From NCBI GenBank assembly GCA_012295275.1, contig CM022666.1, positions 1,364,001 through 1,428,000 on the forward strand: a DNA stretch of 64,000 bases, written 5' to 3'. Every line of letters starts with the position of its first letter. Within the stretch, counting starts at the first letter, position 1. This stretch comes from Chrysomallon squamiferum. Taxonomy: Eukaryota > Animalia > Mollusca. Positions 23,939 to 38,289 of this stretch are shown here, piece after piece. The position numbers were made by a program, and so were the translations under genes. The notes beneath the pieces are model-generated. The model searched no databases. It was not told the origin of the DNA and was given only the letters and a program-made list of their open reading frames with translations.

Positions 23939-25775
23939 ATAAAGGTTAAAATTTAAAATAATAATAATAATAATAATAATGTTAAGTTTTGGCGGTTTTT
24001 TGGAGGGAGGAGATTCAAATTAAATTTTAAAAAAATGATTAATTATCTTTACTTTTTTTTTGTTTCGTTTGGCAATTTATTTCAAAACGTGAACAAAAGA
24101 TAAGGATCACTTTTCTAAACCGGAAGAATTCCACTGCTGAGTAATTAACATAATGAACAAACCACAAATGACTAATAACTAAACAAGGGAGATAATTCAA
24201 TAGAACTTTATATTCCGTCCTAGGGTTCTTTCTGCAAGACTGATTTTTTTTTTTCGCTCTCTGTAAAATGACGCTAAAAGCTACAATCGTACAAACCGGA
24301 GAAATTAACTTCAAGTTCGAACGAACTAAGCGCTCTCGGTCCACGAACAGTTCTTTAATACAGATACGTGTCAAATATTTTAATATCTTTATTTAATATC
24401 GTCGGATATTTTAGCAACGAGATGAACATTTTGTTCAGTAACCCGAACATTTTAATTGTTGCACATTTAGTGTTAAGAGTATCGCTGTTATAATCACAAC
24501 GTAAAGTTGAAACTGAAGACGGGAAGTGGATAATGACTGAATAGAAAGTAGTAATCAATCTGGTATTTTAAAATCTGACTCCTTTTGCAATACACATGGA
24601 GTAAACTCTATTTGTGTACTCTGTAACAAATTTGTGGCATAATTTTTAAATTAAAATCTTTAAAATGATGTAATTGTTTTTCACATTCATTCACACAAAT
24701 GTTACTGAATTAAATAATACTTAATTTTTATTAAATATTCATTTCGATTCCTTCAAATCGAAGGAACATGTGTGTGTGTGTGTGTGTGTGTAGATTATCT
24801 TTTTCTTACTTGTATGTATTTATACACAGAAGCGTACATAATACACACACATTTTAATTTATTTTTATTTTTAAAAACAACTAATAATTATCCAAATTGA
24901 TACTTTTTCCATTTCGATTTAAACGTGTGTGTATGTGTATGAGTGTATGTATATATGTATATGTAACAAACAAACAATTTAAAAAGAAAAGAACTAAAAT
25001 TATTAGATTTCTTTGCATCACTTGTTATTAATACAAGATTGATTCACATTATTTATTTGTTTTAAATATCTATTCCGTTCATTCAAAATGAAGAGATATA
25101 TAATATATATATTTTAAATATGTTTTATTACGGGTCTCTGCCTTGCCAGTGTATTTATTAGGAAATAGTTACATATTTAGAAATCACAAAACTTCAGAAT
25201 TCTTAAATCTGTCACTTAAAATTTTGGATAGGAATAATCCATATGTACTTTCAACTCAAGAGTATTACCTACTAGAATCGTTTTAATATTCACTTTATGA
25301 TGATGAAGATTACTACTATTATTATTACTGTTGCGATGGTGGTGTTACCACCACTATTATTTGTAATAAAAATGACTGAAGGATTGGGCCTGTGTTGTTT
25401 TCGTTTTTTCTTTTAAATTTACAGGAAAATCTTGTGCAACGTATTACAAACTTTATTTAATAAGAATCGAAATAACATTATTTAATTTTAACATAGTTCT
25501 ATGATTATTCAAATTTCAAAGCACAGAGGCAGACATACACAAATCATATATAACAGAATGAACGACCATTTACATATATGCTAATAATATTTTGGCCTCA
25601 GGCTGTATTTTGCTTCATTCTGATTCGTGGATGAACGCTCGAACTAGCCCAACCCCTGACCTTGCGGAAAGAACCGAAGTGTGCCGATTTGTAGTAAAAA
25701 CACTGAGAGAGGACCCAATATGTCAATAGTATTTAGATCGATGTGAGCGGCAGTTTTTCTGGGTTTTCATGGAAA

Positions 25776-25887
25776 ATGCCGCCTTCCTTCATGTTCCTGG
25801 GAGGCTTCGTCTTCCTTGGATGTTTTGGAATTACAAGTTCTTACCTGAATTTGTACATGGACGCTGCAGAAACCCTGCGATTGCTAG
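25776..25887 (+). CDS. RYK: First coding exon of a RYK/derailed receptor pseudokinase (MPPSFMFLGGFVFLGCFGITSSYLNLYMDAAETLRLL-G): signal peptide plus start of WIF domain
   Basis: aaaATG context and a hydrophobic signal peptide. LNLYM...E..RLLG resembles RYK VSLYLSEDEVRRLIG and Derailed HLNIFLNLHEVLRLIG. Phase-1 donor TAG|gtgagt. Only 37 aa are visible, so WIF1/shifted is a less likely alternative. Confidence 0.75.
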
Positions 25888-28800
25888 GTGAGTAAAACGC
25901 AAGTTTTCTTTTGCCCCGTGGTTATCTTTGGAGAAATTCCACCGTCAGCCTTCCCAGATTCGGCCAAGTTGGGGAAGCCCTCGGCTGCCGCAGCTTGCAT
26001 GTTTGCCTCCTTCGATTTTAAAATGCCAAATGTTCTTTTGTTTTGTTTTTAACGGGATCTCTGCCATTAATCCTGAACAAAATGTTTGATTAATGAGTTA
26101 AGAACGAAGTTGCGTACAACGAACGCGCGACTGCATGTATCACAGCCTTGTCAAAAGAGCAGACGTATATTTAGTATATTTACACGTGGAAATAATTAAA
26201 AACCATAACTTTCTTTTTTCATGTTTTGTTGTAAACTTGGTATCAGGTTAACTATTAATCAATTTTGTTACGCATTCGGCATCAATCGATTCAATGTACT
26301 GTAAGATAAGATTCTAATGTTAAAAATCGTACTACTGATATTAACATTGCTTGTTACGTCACAGAATTGAGTTAAATAAGAAGTACTTTTGGAAATTTTA
26401 AACAAAATACATCCCACTAAATGTAGAGAAATAATAATATTTAATAAAATAATAATAACCAAAATATGTAACAATTTTACTAAAGTTTATGACTGTCACA
26501 CAGAAATAAGAATTAAAAACTGGAAAGCAGGCAAATATATCTTGCTTGATAATCAATTAAATTGATAGAAAAACTAATCAAGTAATGAACAGCATCTGAA
26601 ATCCAGTGTAAATTCTTTAAACAAACTTCTCAGATGACACTAATTGGCTTTGTTCTCCTGCAGGCTCCAAATTTTTAGTACAACTGAATGAACATTATTT
26701 TGTACATGTTCATTTTATAAAATATTTTAATTATGTTTTCTTCTTTCTTAATTTTAAAAATAATTATAATTAAACATTTAACATCTATATTATTTATGGC
26801 ATGTATAAATATTCAGAATAACTTAAAACAAAATTTTATATTATTAATATTATTATTATCATCACTGAAATACAATGTTATTTTTATATCATTGAATGAT
26901 TGATTTATATCTATAATTTAGGTTTGTTTTAATATTATTTTATTTATTTATTTATTATTTTGTACATTTACTATATCAATGTAATATTATTTATAATTAG
27001 TAAGAAATTCTTTAAACATTTCTATCTTTTGGCATTTTCAAAGAAATAATAGTAATCATAAAATATTTCATAGAATACCAATACTTATTTAATATGCATA
27101 CAATTATTTAAAAGTAAATAAATAATAATAATAACTAAAGTGAAATAAATATATATGGTCTTTGGAATCATCAACATTTTATAATAATATGTAAAAATTA
27201 ATATGATATAAAAATATAATTTTAAAATAGATCTGTTTGTTCCTTTAACTGCAACTATGAAAATTCATTTGTTAAAATATATAAAAAACAGATAACAACA
27301 ACAAATTAACAAATTGAAAATATGAATAATAACTTTACAAGAGATTTTAAAATAAGTTTAAAAATCAAGCATAATGTAAACCATGGAACAGAAAAACTGT
27401 CAAAAGAATTTTAAAATATTGATAAATACTTATAAAAACTAAACACAAAACACAAAAAATAAAATGTCAATACCCCTATAAAAGTCAAAATAAATTATTT
27501 TCTGTTACACATAAAACTATTATTATTGTTACTAGAAAATTCTTTTAATACCCCCCCCAAAAAAAAACTTGTGCATTTAATATTTTAATTTAATTCTGTA
27601 TTTAATTTATTTATTTTTTTGTATTTGTTATTATTTTAGATTAAAATGCTTCTTTCTTCATACAGTATGGAATTTTCATTACAGAAAAACAACAAAAACA
27701 ATTTAATTAAAAAAAAAAAAAAGAGAGAAAAAAGAAATAAATAAAACCATCAGATCTTTTAATATCTGAAATTGATGAAAATAAAATATTAAAGAAAACA
27801 AAATATTTCCAATTTTGATATTAAATTATTTTCTCTCTTTTTTATGTTTTAAATTTCTGTTTCTGTTTCAGTTCTTTTTACTGAGGGAAACATAGCTGTT
27901 AAAAAATAAATAAATACATTTAAAAATCATTTAAAGAAAACAGAAAATAAAAGTGAAATAAAAATAAAAATAAAAATAAAAATAATAAAAATATTAAATA
28001 TTTAGTGATTTAAAAAAAAAATAAACTGCTCTGTATTTTCATTTTACCCTTTATTTACATTCTTCTTCTTCTTTTTTCTTTTTAAATGAATTTCACTTCA
28101 GCTATTCATCAATTTACTACCATAACCAATATTATAAACAATATTAACACCAAACAATATTTTATCAATTTCATGTACTTATGCATGGTGTGATAAAAAT
28201 CAGGGGCTTTCCGGATACGATTTGTGTGTTTTTTAACACAGATCTGATTCAGTGAGAAAAACTGTTAGTCTTTTATTGTGGCATAAACATTGTACTACTG
28301 AGTATTCAAATATCAAGGTTCGACAGACACCTGTAAACCTGTAGTATTCATTGTAAAATGGATTGCTTTGAAGTATGCTGATTATTATTCAGCTACTGAA
28401 ATGTAAGCCCTTTGTAACAGTATAGCTATAAAAAAGGGGAAAAAAAAAAAAAAAGTAAAAATAAATAAATGAATACATTAAAAAAAAAAAAGATGTTTAA
28501 GGATAATGTTTGTAAAATTGCATTTAGCTTACATCTTTATTTATGCTTGTGTATGTATGTCAGTATCCTATATATCTATATCTATGTGTGTCTGTCTCTC
28601 TGTCCATCTTTAATCAGTTTGTTAATCTTCTAGTTATCTCAGTTGTAATGTCAATACAATTTAGTATAAATGTATAATTTACATTACATACTAATATTTT
28701 TGAGACAAAAATAATTCTAAATCTAGTTTTAGTTTTGTATTTTCAAAAGTAATTATTATCTGTTCTGTGTTCTGTGTTAATTAAAAACAACCAAATTTCA

Positions 28801-29209
28801 TTAAATTCCTCTTTAGTGTTTGTGAATGCATATGGACGTTCTAGAAATTTGTTTCCATTGAAACATCTTTAAAACCGTTCAAATATAAATAGAATTATTA
28901 AGTGCTTATAATTAATTTACAAGCTGAACTTAAAGTAGGTTACTTCCTAAATATATTTTGCTGTGCTGTTCATGATTCTTACAGTATTATTTTATTTTAA
29001 AATGTGAACCTATTATTATTTGTTAAATTCTTTAATCAAATACTGAAAAATATCAAAACTGGATGTTTTCTGCAAAATATGCCTGCTTTACCATGCCTTT
29101 GGCTTTGACTGAAGTAAAAGAATCATTTTCCTTTTTTTAATTAATTAATTACTTTTTGTTTTTAAACATATCCAATATATATATTGTTTTTCAGTGAAGT
29201 CACGCAATT

Positions 29210-29750
29210 TCATTTCATTAAATTATAAGTTATGTGATGTTTAATAAAACAGTAATTATTCTTATTATTATTATTATTCTTATTATTTTTATTATTATTT
29301 GAATAGCTGTACCTTTCTTTAGCATCTCATTAAATTAGTTAATTTATTTTTTGATAAAAAGTAATACTGTTTCAGTTCACTAAATTATAAGCCAATGTTT
29401 AACTAATTTTTAATTTTTTAAATTTTTTTATTACAGCTGTACCTTTCTTTATCATCTCTGTGAAACTATTTAATTTTTTTTTTTTTTTTTGCCAAAAGTA
29501 AAACGTTCATTACTTTAGATTATAAACTATTTGATATTCAACAAAAATTTTTTTTTTTTTTTTTTTTTTTCAACAGCTGTACCTTACTTTGACATCTCAG
29601 TAAAATGTAAAATTAATATAAATATTTATATATATATTTTTTTTTCTAAAAAGTAACACTTTTTTATTTCATTACAATATGTTTAGCATGCTTATTTTTA
29701 TTTTTTTTTTTTTTTTTGTGGAAAGCTCTACCTTACTTTGTCATCTCAAT
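29210..29750. repeat. Degenerate 130-150 bp tandem repeat x4
   Basis: AGCT(G/C)TACCTT(T/A)CTTT..CATCTC at 29305, 29435, 29575 and 29724, each after a T-rich tract. Confidence 0.8.
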
Positions 29751-31119
29751 AGGTTGAGAAATGCACATAAATCACACAAAAGAGACAGGTTAACAAATGT
29801 TTGTTGCTGGATATAAATCAGTATCTGGCATTGTTCTGATTTGTGTGTACAAGGACTATATATACTCGTTACTTTGTAGCAGTGATAAACTCTTACAGTT
29901 TATCACAAGCTTACTGTGTTAAATAAATATTATACAACATCTAGTTGTACATAATGATATTACTGTTACAACAAGCACAAGATTAAATCAATTACTTTTT
30001 AAAAATAATTACTATAATAATTTAAAAAACATATATAAGTAAATAGAAGTAAAAAATTTAATATAATTTTTAATTTTATTTATTTATTTTTTTAAATTTC
30101 TATAACAATTTTTGAAAACAAATTTTTTTATTTATTATTTTATTTTTTTCATAAACAAACCAATAAATAAAAATTGTTTTGACAATTTAAAAAACACACA
30201 ACAGCAAACAAAATAAAAAATTCTGCTACTGTTACTACTACTAATAAAATAATTCTGCATATATGTTTATTGAAATATCTCTGAATCATGATAAATCTTT
30301 GTTCCATATTTTTCATGTATTTGATAAATAAATTTTCCAATAAATAAAAATGTTTTTAGTTTACTTTTATGCATTTTAAAAAAAATTTCACTGGGAAATA
30401 TATGAAGTATATTTATAATAAACTTTTAATTATTTAATATGCTTCATTATAGCTATTTCCAGTAAAACTAGACACAAAAAAAGAAAGATCATAAATTAAT
30501 ATATAATAATTATTATTATTTTAATTTATTATTCTTTTTATTAAAAAAAAAAAAAGATGAATGAAATTAACAAATATATTTGAAAGGTCTTTTGAGGTTT
30601 GGAATACATCTACATATTGTGAAATATTTAGTGTTCTAGAATAAAAACAAAAAGTAATAAATAAAACAAAAAACAATTCAACCTTGTATATATATACATC
30701 TTTCAGATTTAATTAGCTCAAACTAAAAACTTGAATTAATATTGGAACTGGGCAATCTATGTGAAATTTTAACCATTACAGAATTTTAACCATCAAAGGA
30801 AGCTTTGAGAAAAATTCAATCCTTTCTATATACACATTATTTGCTGTTTCACTTCTGTCCCTTGGGCCAACTTCTTGTACCTTTTCATTGGTAATAATAT
30901 ATGTACAGAAAAACTCGAACACACACACATACACACATAATGGTTCAGCAAGCTTTGAGAAGAAATTTTGATTGAAAACCAAATGTCTCTGTCACTGAGT
31001 GAGCCACAAGGAGCTAAAGCAAACATGAAGAAATTTTCTCTCCACGCTGACCTGCATGTCTTTATTTTATTATTTTTCTTCATTAAGCACAGAGATGTGA
31101 CTGGTGTCAAAAGAATCTG

Positions 31120-31730
31120 TTTGCTTTCATTCCGTTTTGTTTCTTCTTTCTGTTTTCGTTCTTCTTCCATCATTTAGTTTTTTCTGTCTGATCTTTTTTA
31201 AAAACTTTTCTTTGACCTTTTGATCATTTTTGGAGTTTTCTTTCTGTCCTTGTGTATATTTTTGATTTTTTTATCTTTTTTATTCTTCCTTTATCATTTC
31301 TTTTTTCTTTCTGTTGTTTATATTTTGTAAAAAAAGAATTTAATCATTTTCTATCTTTAATCCCTTCTTTTTATGTTTTCTTTTTTGTGTCTTTCCTTTA
31401 TATATTTTCTAAATATTTTTTCTTTTGTTTTATCTTGATTTTTCTTTCTATCTTTTATCTTTCCTTTCTCTTATGTTTTCTTTTAAATTTTCTTTTTCTT
31501 ACTATCCTTTGTTTTTTCATTCTATCCTTAACTGTTTCATGTTTCCTTTCTTCTTTCATTTTTTCATTTTTCTTTCTTTCTTTCTTTCATTTCTTTCTTT
31601 TTGTTCTTTTATTTTTCTATTGTTTATCTTTTCATCTTTGATTTTACTTTTTCCCTCATATTTTTCTTCCTTTCTTTCTTCCTTCTTTCCTTTCATCTCT
31701 TCGTTCTTCTCTTCTTTCCATTCACCCTAG
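31120..31730 (+). repeat. About 600 bp T/C-rich low-complexity tract
   Basis: Directly visible; source of the Phe/Leu/Ser-rich ORFs. Confidence 0.8.
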
Positions 31731-33540
31731 TTCACCCATGTTCTCTGTTGATCATCTATAGATTTAGAAATTTGCAGGATGAAATTCAAGATGGGATGCA
31801 ATTTATTTGCCCCGAGGCCAAGGGTTTATTCAAACAATTTGAATCAATTGTTAGACAATTTTGTTGACTGCAAAATGTCAGCTGTTATACAAGAAAAGCT
31901 TTGCCTAGCTGAAGGCAGGCTCATTAATTGTTCAGTGTTGTCTGCAGATCTGTCATTATTTTTAGCTTAAACATGTTTTTCAAGTAGTAAATTATTCCGT
32001 GGACACTCAAGAATACTTAATCACCTATATGTGCAGTTAACTTTCCATTATTAATGTACAGTGCAGCTCTGCGGGTGTTCTTTGCACGTGAAATGAATTG
32101 CACAAGTGCATGAGGGTGTTTTTGTTAATTTTTCATGATTTCAGAATATTACTAATTTTGTAATATGTAATATTATACGTGTTTTGGACGGTATTGTTGT
32201 GTTGATAAATTATGTACAGGTGTGTTTGTGTGTTAATTTGCATGTTTGTGAAATTATATGTTTTATTAATTTGTCTGTGTAATTATAAATATATATATAT
32301 TGTAGTGCATTACATATAAAAATACTTAACTATATTATATAATTATAATTATGTGACTTACTTTTAATTTATTCTAAATTAATTTCTGTCTTTTTTTCTT
32401 TTTTTTTTTTTTCAAAAGTTTGTTTGTCAGTCAGTATTAAAAATAAATATATGCAAAGTGTATATCATAGTAAGTTATGTTTCTCATTATAAGTTTGCAT
32501 GCCTGTAATGTTCATATAAATGTGTGTGTGTGTGTGTGTGTGTGTGTCTGATATAATTATTTGAGTCTGGAAAACATACAGTTTATTTATTTGTTTTATA
32601 TTTGTGTTTATGATTTATATTAAGGCCTACAGTAGTGTGTGTATAAGGAGCTACATGTACTTGTTACTTTGTAGTAGTAATACATAAATACATTTTAAAA
32701 AAACCCTCTATTTTGAAAATTAACCTTTTTTTTTTTTTTTTTAAATTAAACAAAAAAATCTATTTTGAAAATTAATAGAAACCTCTAATTACCACTTTTT
32801 CTTCTATTTAATGTTGTTTTGTTTTTTTAAAATAATAAAAAAATAATATTTTATGGCCTTGTCTCTCAAGGTGTCAAGAATGATATTTTTTTTACTTTTT
32901 TATTTTATTTTATTTTTTTAATTTTATTTTTTTTAAATGCTAATTTACGAAGCACCTGTTGGTGTGAAGTTTCACATCCAAATCACTGACATTTCAGTCA
33001 CTTCCAGGTTCTGCTTACTTACCTTTGTGAAACCTGTCAGTGTCAAATCATTTCTTAACTTCCAATTTCTCTCATAAAACCTTCGTTTTTTTTTAACCTT
33101 CTGTTATTAAGCTGTAGCAGATGAATAGATACTTTAATGTTTATTTTACCTGAAAAGAAAGAAAGAAGGAAAGAAAAAAAAAATCAGAATGTTCATTAAG
33201 ATAATTGCTTGATTTTTGCAGACATTGTTTATTTTATTTTCTTTCAGTCCACAATAATTATTAAAATAATTACCAGATTGTAAAGACTGTATATATATAT
33301 ATATGTATCAAAGTTTCAGTCTTTCTGTTTCTGCAAATTAAAATAAAACATTTTCTGAAATTATTCTGAAAGCAGAAATATAATGATATACTTGTTAACA
33401 TGGTTCAAACATCTTTGATGAAGATATATATGTTAATGCTTTGAATTGATTAATGGTACTTGACAGAGGGAAAATGGAAAAGATATTTATAAATACAAAA
33501 TAGATTAAAGAGTAGATTGTCATTAGTTTTGGACAAGACA

Positions 33541-33575
<35 letters not shown>

Positions 33576-34653
33576 CTAGATTTAATTCTTGAACTTTTTC
33601 AATTCATCTATCTCGGTACATTTGGTTATTAATCTTCTTTTCATTATTACATATGTAACAAGTGAGTCACTTTTTGTTTGTCTTGTAGACTTCTTTATAT
33701 CTCAACATTTTACTCATTACTCTAATTGAATTGCAAGTCCGCGCTGATCTTTGACCTTTAAACTTCACAGTGTAACTTTTCCTCAGAGATTTGACAGGCT
33801 TTTGGAAATGTCTAGCGCTCACTCTCGCTTTAATATCGGACACAATTTTCCATCTCCAAAACGGCATTTCTCAAGTATGACAGTTGAGCAATTGGCTATT
33901 CTCTGCCAATGTTGAGAAACTTTCAAAGTCCATTTGAAATTTTCGTGATGAAGCACCAGGCTGTAACACACGGTGTCAAACATGACATTCAGATTCTGCA
34001 ATTCATATCTCAAACATTCAACGTTTTATAGATCTTTAGAGATTTTCCATTTTCTGATAGATTGGGGAAACATCCTTTGGGATAGGGTAAATAATACAAT
34101 TGGGCAATGGCAATTGCACAACTTCTAATCTAGATGAAAATCTTGGCTGCCAGCAGAATAAATACAGAAGAAAAAAACCTTTTAATCTCTTGAGATGCAA
34201 GAGGATGATCCAATAACTTACATCAGATAAATAGACAAGTGATATATTAAGGAAAAAATGTATAATCATTTTTGTTCAATTGATTGTTAAAACGTATTTG
34301 GAAGGTTATATTTTTTAAAGTTATTGAGAAGACTTTCTTTTTTGTCTTGTCCACAAGATATAAAAAACTGAATTAGAATTTGAAAGATTTTATTATTTCT
34401 GTGAATCCAGTTTCTTTGGGACATTTTTGTACTTATGATTAATTAATTTTTTGTTTTCTTCTCTTTTTCTTTTTTTTTAAAATTTGTTATTTATTTTTAA
34501 ATATATTCAGTGTCATTTATTATAAATATTTCTTTATTTAATGTTAATCTTATTTTCTTTTTAAAAATGAAAAACTAAGTTTATTCAGATGTCATTTTGT
34601 TTTCTAAATTAAAGTATCAATGTAATGAAATAAGAGAACTTAAATTCAAAATG

Positions 34654-34695
<42 letters not shown>

Positions 34696-37011
34696 TTATT
34701 TTTGTTCTTTGCCAGATAATTTTGCCAGCAGTTTTTAGCTTGATCCCTAATAACAGTTTTAATTTGTTTCTATTTTAAAAACCAAATAAAAAAAAAATAA
34801 AAATAAAAAAAAAAAAAAAAAAAAAAGATTAAATCTTAATCTGTCAAGAGGAAAAAGCCAAACTTCTATTTAATTCAATAATTTATTTTTATTTTTTTAA
34901 ATATTTTTTTATTATTATTTTTTTTTTATTAATTCACGAAAAGTATTGTATTTTTGTGAATGGGTGTAATAAATTGGTCTCTATTAATAAAAGAGTTGCA
35001 GCAGTTGGAAGACAACTCTTGATGAAAGCTTGTCAGAAGGGTTTCCGTATCACCACCATGTTGGTTTTCGTCTTGTTCGTTTTTAATATTGAAAATTAAT
35101 ATCGGGACAAAAAGAAGTGGACAGAAAAGCCTGATGTGGGGAAGACTTCAGAGGGTATTATGGTGTTCTTGTGTAGCAAGGCTTAAAGCCACTGGAGATA
35201 CCTTTGTGTGCGAAAACCAAGGCAATGTGTGGTAAAAGCCATCGTCAATCGATGGTTGAAATAAATTGCTTTATTTTTCCATCCCCACTCCTTCTCTCTT
35301 GCTTTTTAGAGATTAATACTGTTATTTTAATGCTCTGATTGCACCAGATGAACTTATGCAAATGTACTGTTAAAACATTGTTTCAGTTGACAAGTATTGA
35401 TGCGAGTAAAACTGCAATATAGTTTAATGGTGTATAGAGAATGTAATTTCTGTCGGGGAAATTGCTTTTGTATTTTTAAATGTTTTATTACCATTAATCC
35501 CCCTTTTTTCTTTCTTTTTTTAAAAATAAATAAGATAATTAAGTAGAATAAATGAAAATGAGTCAGGTGTCTGGGGTGCAATCAGTTCAGTTTGTTTGGA
35601 ATTAATGTTGTTCTCACATTTTGTCTTTTTTCTTTGATTCATATGTAAATAGCTGATACAAAGAATTTAAAATTAAGACTCTTAATGCATTAATATCAAA
35701 TTATTTAAAACTTTATGTCTTTTTGGCAGACCAGGATAAAAACCAGCATTTTTTTTTATTAAGAAATGTGAGTCACATTTCAATTAAAATTTTGTTTTGA
35801 TTTTGTAATGTTAAGTATAGGTAAATAAAGATGTTTATTCTGAGTAAATAAATGAACAACATTTAATGTGCTACACAGCATTTAATAAAAATTTAAATAA
35901 ATAAAAAGAAGAAATATTATATTAGTTCTGTAATAAATTAGATAAAATTTTTTAAATAAAATTGTTTTATTATACTAAAGCAAATAAACAACAAAACAAA
36001 ATTCATCTTCTTTTTCACTATACGATGTTCGAGAAAAATATAATCATTTAAAAACATATTTTCATTTTTAATTAATTATTTCATTTGTTAATTATATTTA
36101 TATTTAGATACGGAATTTTATAATATTTTAGCACTTATCTATAAGTCTAAAAATCTTTAAATTCTCTTTATCTATTTGTCTTTCAGTCTTTGGTTAATTT
36201 GTATTTTCATTATTTCTTTTTTATTTTTATTTCTTTTTTATACTATTTATACACATCTTTCTATATATCATATACATGTCATATATATTTGTTACATCTG
36301 TTTTTCTCTCACTCTTTCTTTCAGTTTGTATGACTGTCTGTTTTCCCATATTTCTTGAGTTCATATTTATTTGTATATGGAGAAGTTTAGAATTGAAATA
36401 AATAACTTATTTTGAGCTTATAATGATTCAAAGTAATAATAATAATAATAATTAAAAAATAAAATAAAATAAAATAAAATAAACCATCTTGAAAAGCTTA
36501 AGCAAACATCTGCTTGAAACAGTCAAAAACTAGCACATTTTGTTTATTCTTAAATCAGCACTTGAGCCCGAAACATACTGAATTAACTTTATATCCACTT
36601 ATGTAGGCTGCGTACAAGCAGCAGCACTCGACTCTGAGTTAGACACACAGAAGTAATTTATGTACAGTACATATTACCTGTCAGGTTTTGTGTGAGATAT
36701 CATTATTATATGTTGCTTTGTTACCTTGTTGCTCTCAATAACTTTGCAAGTTTTCTTTGTAATGTTGTGATAACAGCCGAATGTCTGAGTTGTTGTAGAT
36801 GCATTGCGCTGACAGCTAGTTCAGATTAGGAAGCAGTTGTTTGATATAAATGTTAACATATACAAATTAGGTGATAAATGTTGTTATTGTATGACAGATG
36901 TGTCTATCCTAATGTTTGCCACCAGGTTTGTGTCAGTTTGTTGATCTATAGATTATGGAATAGAACTGTGTTTGCTTGATGATTTTTTTTTTATCTGTCT
37001 ATCCTTTTCTG

Positions 37012-37051
<40 letters not shown>

Positions 37052-38289
37052 TTATTTTATTAAATGTACAAAAAATTTAAATATAATAAAAATAATATCC
37101 TCCCAAAATTTTAAAATTGAACAAAAAAAAAAAAAAAAAAATAAACAAATAGAGGAAAATGTAAATAAATAGATGAAAAATAAAAATATAAATAATATAT
37201 AAATAAAGAATTTAAACAAATATATAAGTAAAAAATAAAAATAAAAAATTTAAACAAATAAATAAACAAATAAATACATAATAAAAATGATAATAAAAAT
37301 TCAAAACCTGACTGACTCTTCCCCAATAAAACATATAGAAAAAATAAATAAATAAATAAAAAAAATTAAATTAAATTCAGTTAAACCTTCCTAACCAATC
37401 TTTTATCCCCTAAATAAAAACTTTTAAAAATCTTGTTCCAGAAAATTATGAATCATCTAATTAAATTAATTAAAAATTCATGCTTCACTGATTTTTATTT
37501 CTCTCATTTCTTTTTTATATTTATTTTTTTTACGTTTTGAAAATTCACTTTAAATTATAATCAGGCATAAAATGAAAATGAACTTCAAGTAATTATTATT
37601 TTTAATTTTACATAATTATTAGAATTTTCTTAGTGTTATTTGTTTATTGTTTTTAAAAAAAGGAATTTGTTTCATCAGATGATTTCAGTCATGTATAAAA
37701 TATTAAAAAACATTTTTAATTTTTTTTTTCTCTTTTATGTGTTTTGCAGGAACCAACAGCCATGACTTGATTAAAATAAAAAGTTAAAAAAAAATTAAAA
37801 GAATTAAAAATTAAAAGTTAAAAATTGTCATAATGTGCAGTTAGCCTGAAATCAATATCATTGCTTCTTTTTCTTCTTCCTTTCTTTTTTCTCTTTTCTG
37901 TTTTTTAGATGAACACTGTTTCAAAATAGCGAAATTCCAGCTTTTGTAAAACTATAAAAAATTTTTTATAAAAAATAAATAAATAAATAATAATAATAAT
38001 CCTCAAAACAGCCATCTCCCTATCAAATCCCTCAATCTATTTAATAATGAATCCTGAAATTATTCCATTTAAATAAATATATTTTTTAAACATTTAATTA
38101 AAAAACAAATCAAGATAAATAAAGTAAAATGGTATAAAACTTGTTCAGCAGTGAATCCTAACATGACTCAGTATTTAAGCAGATCCAGCCAAATACATTA
38201 TTTTTTTATTACAAACAGTTTTAAATCAGATTTAAAAATGAAACAAAAACAAAAGAAAACTAACTGTCATTTCAACCCAATAATCCTGT

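Larger units (their letters stand above)
22000..26400. promoter_or_regulatory. CpG-retaining divergent promoter/leader region between CWC15 and RYK
   Basis: CG dinucleotides are visibly more frequent than in the flanking introns. Plus-strand donor CAG|gtaact at 23429 and acceptor tttacag at 25424 suggest RYK 5' UTR exons. Confidence 0.5.

Noticed and set aside
31252-31867. Phe/Leu/Ser-rich membrane-protein-like ORFs
   Set aside because: Pyrimidine-rich low-complexity DNA.
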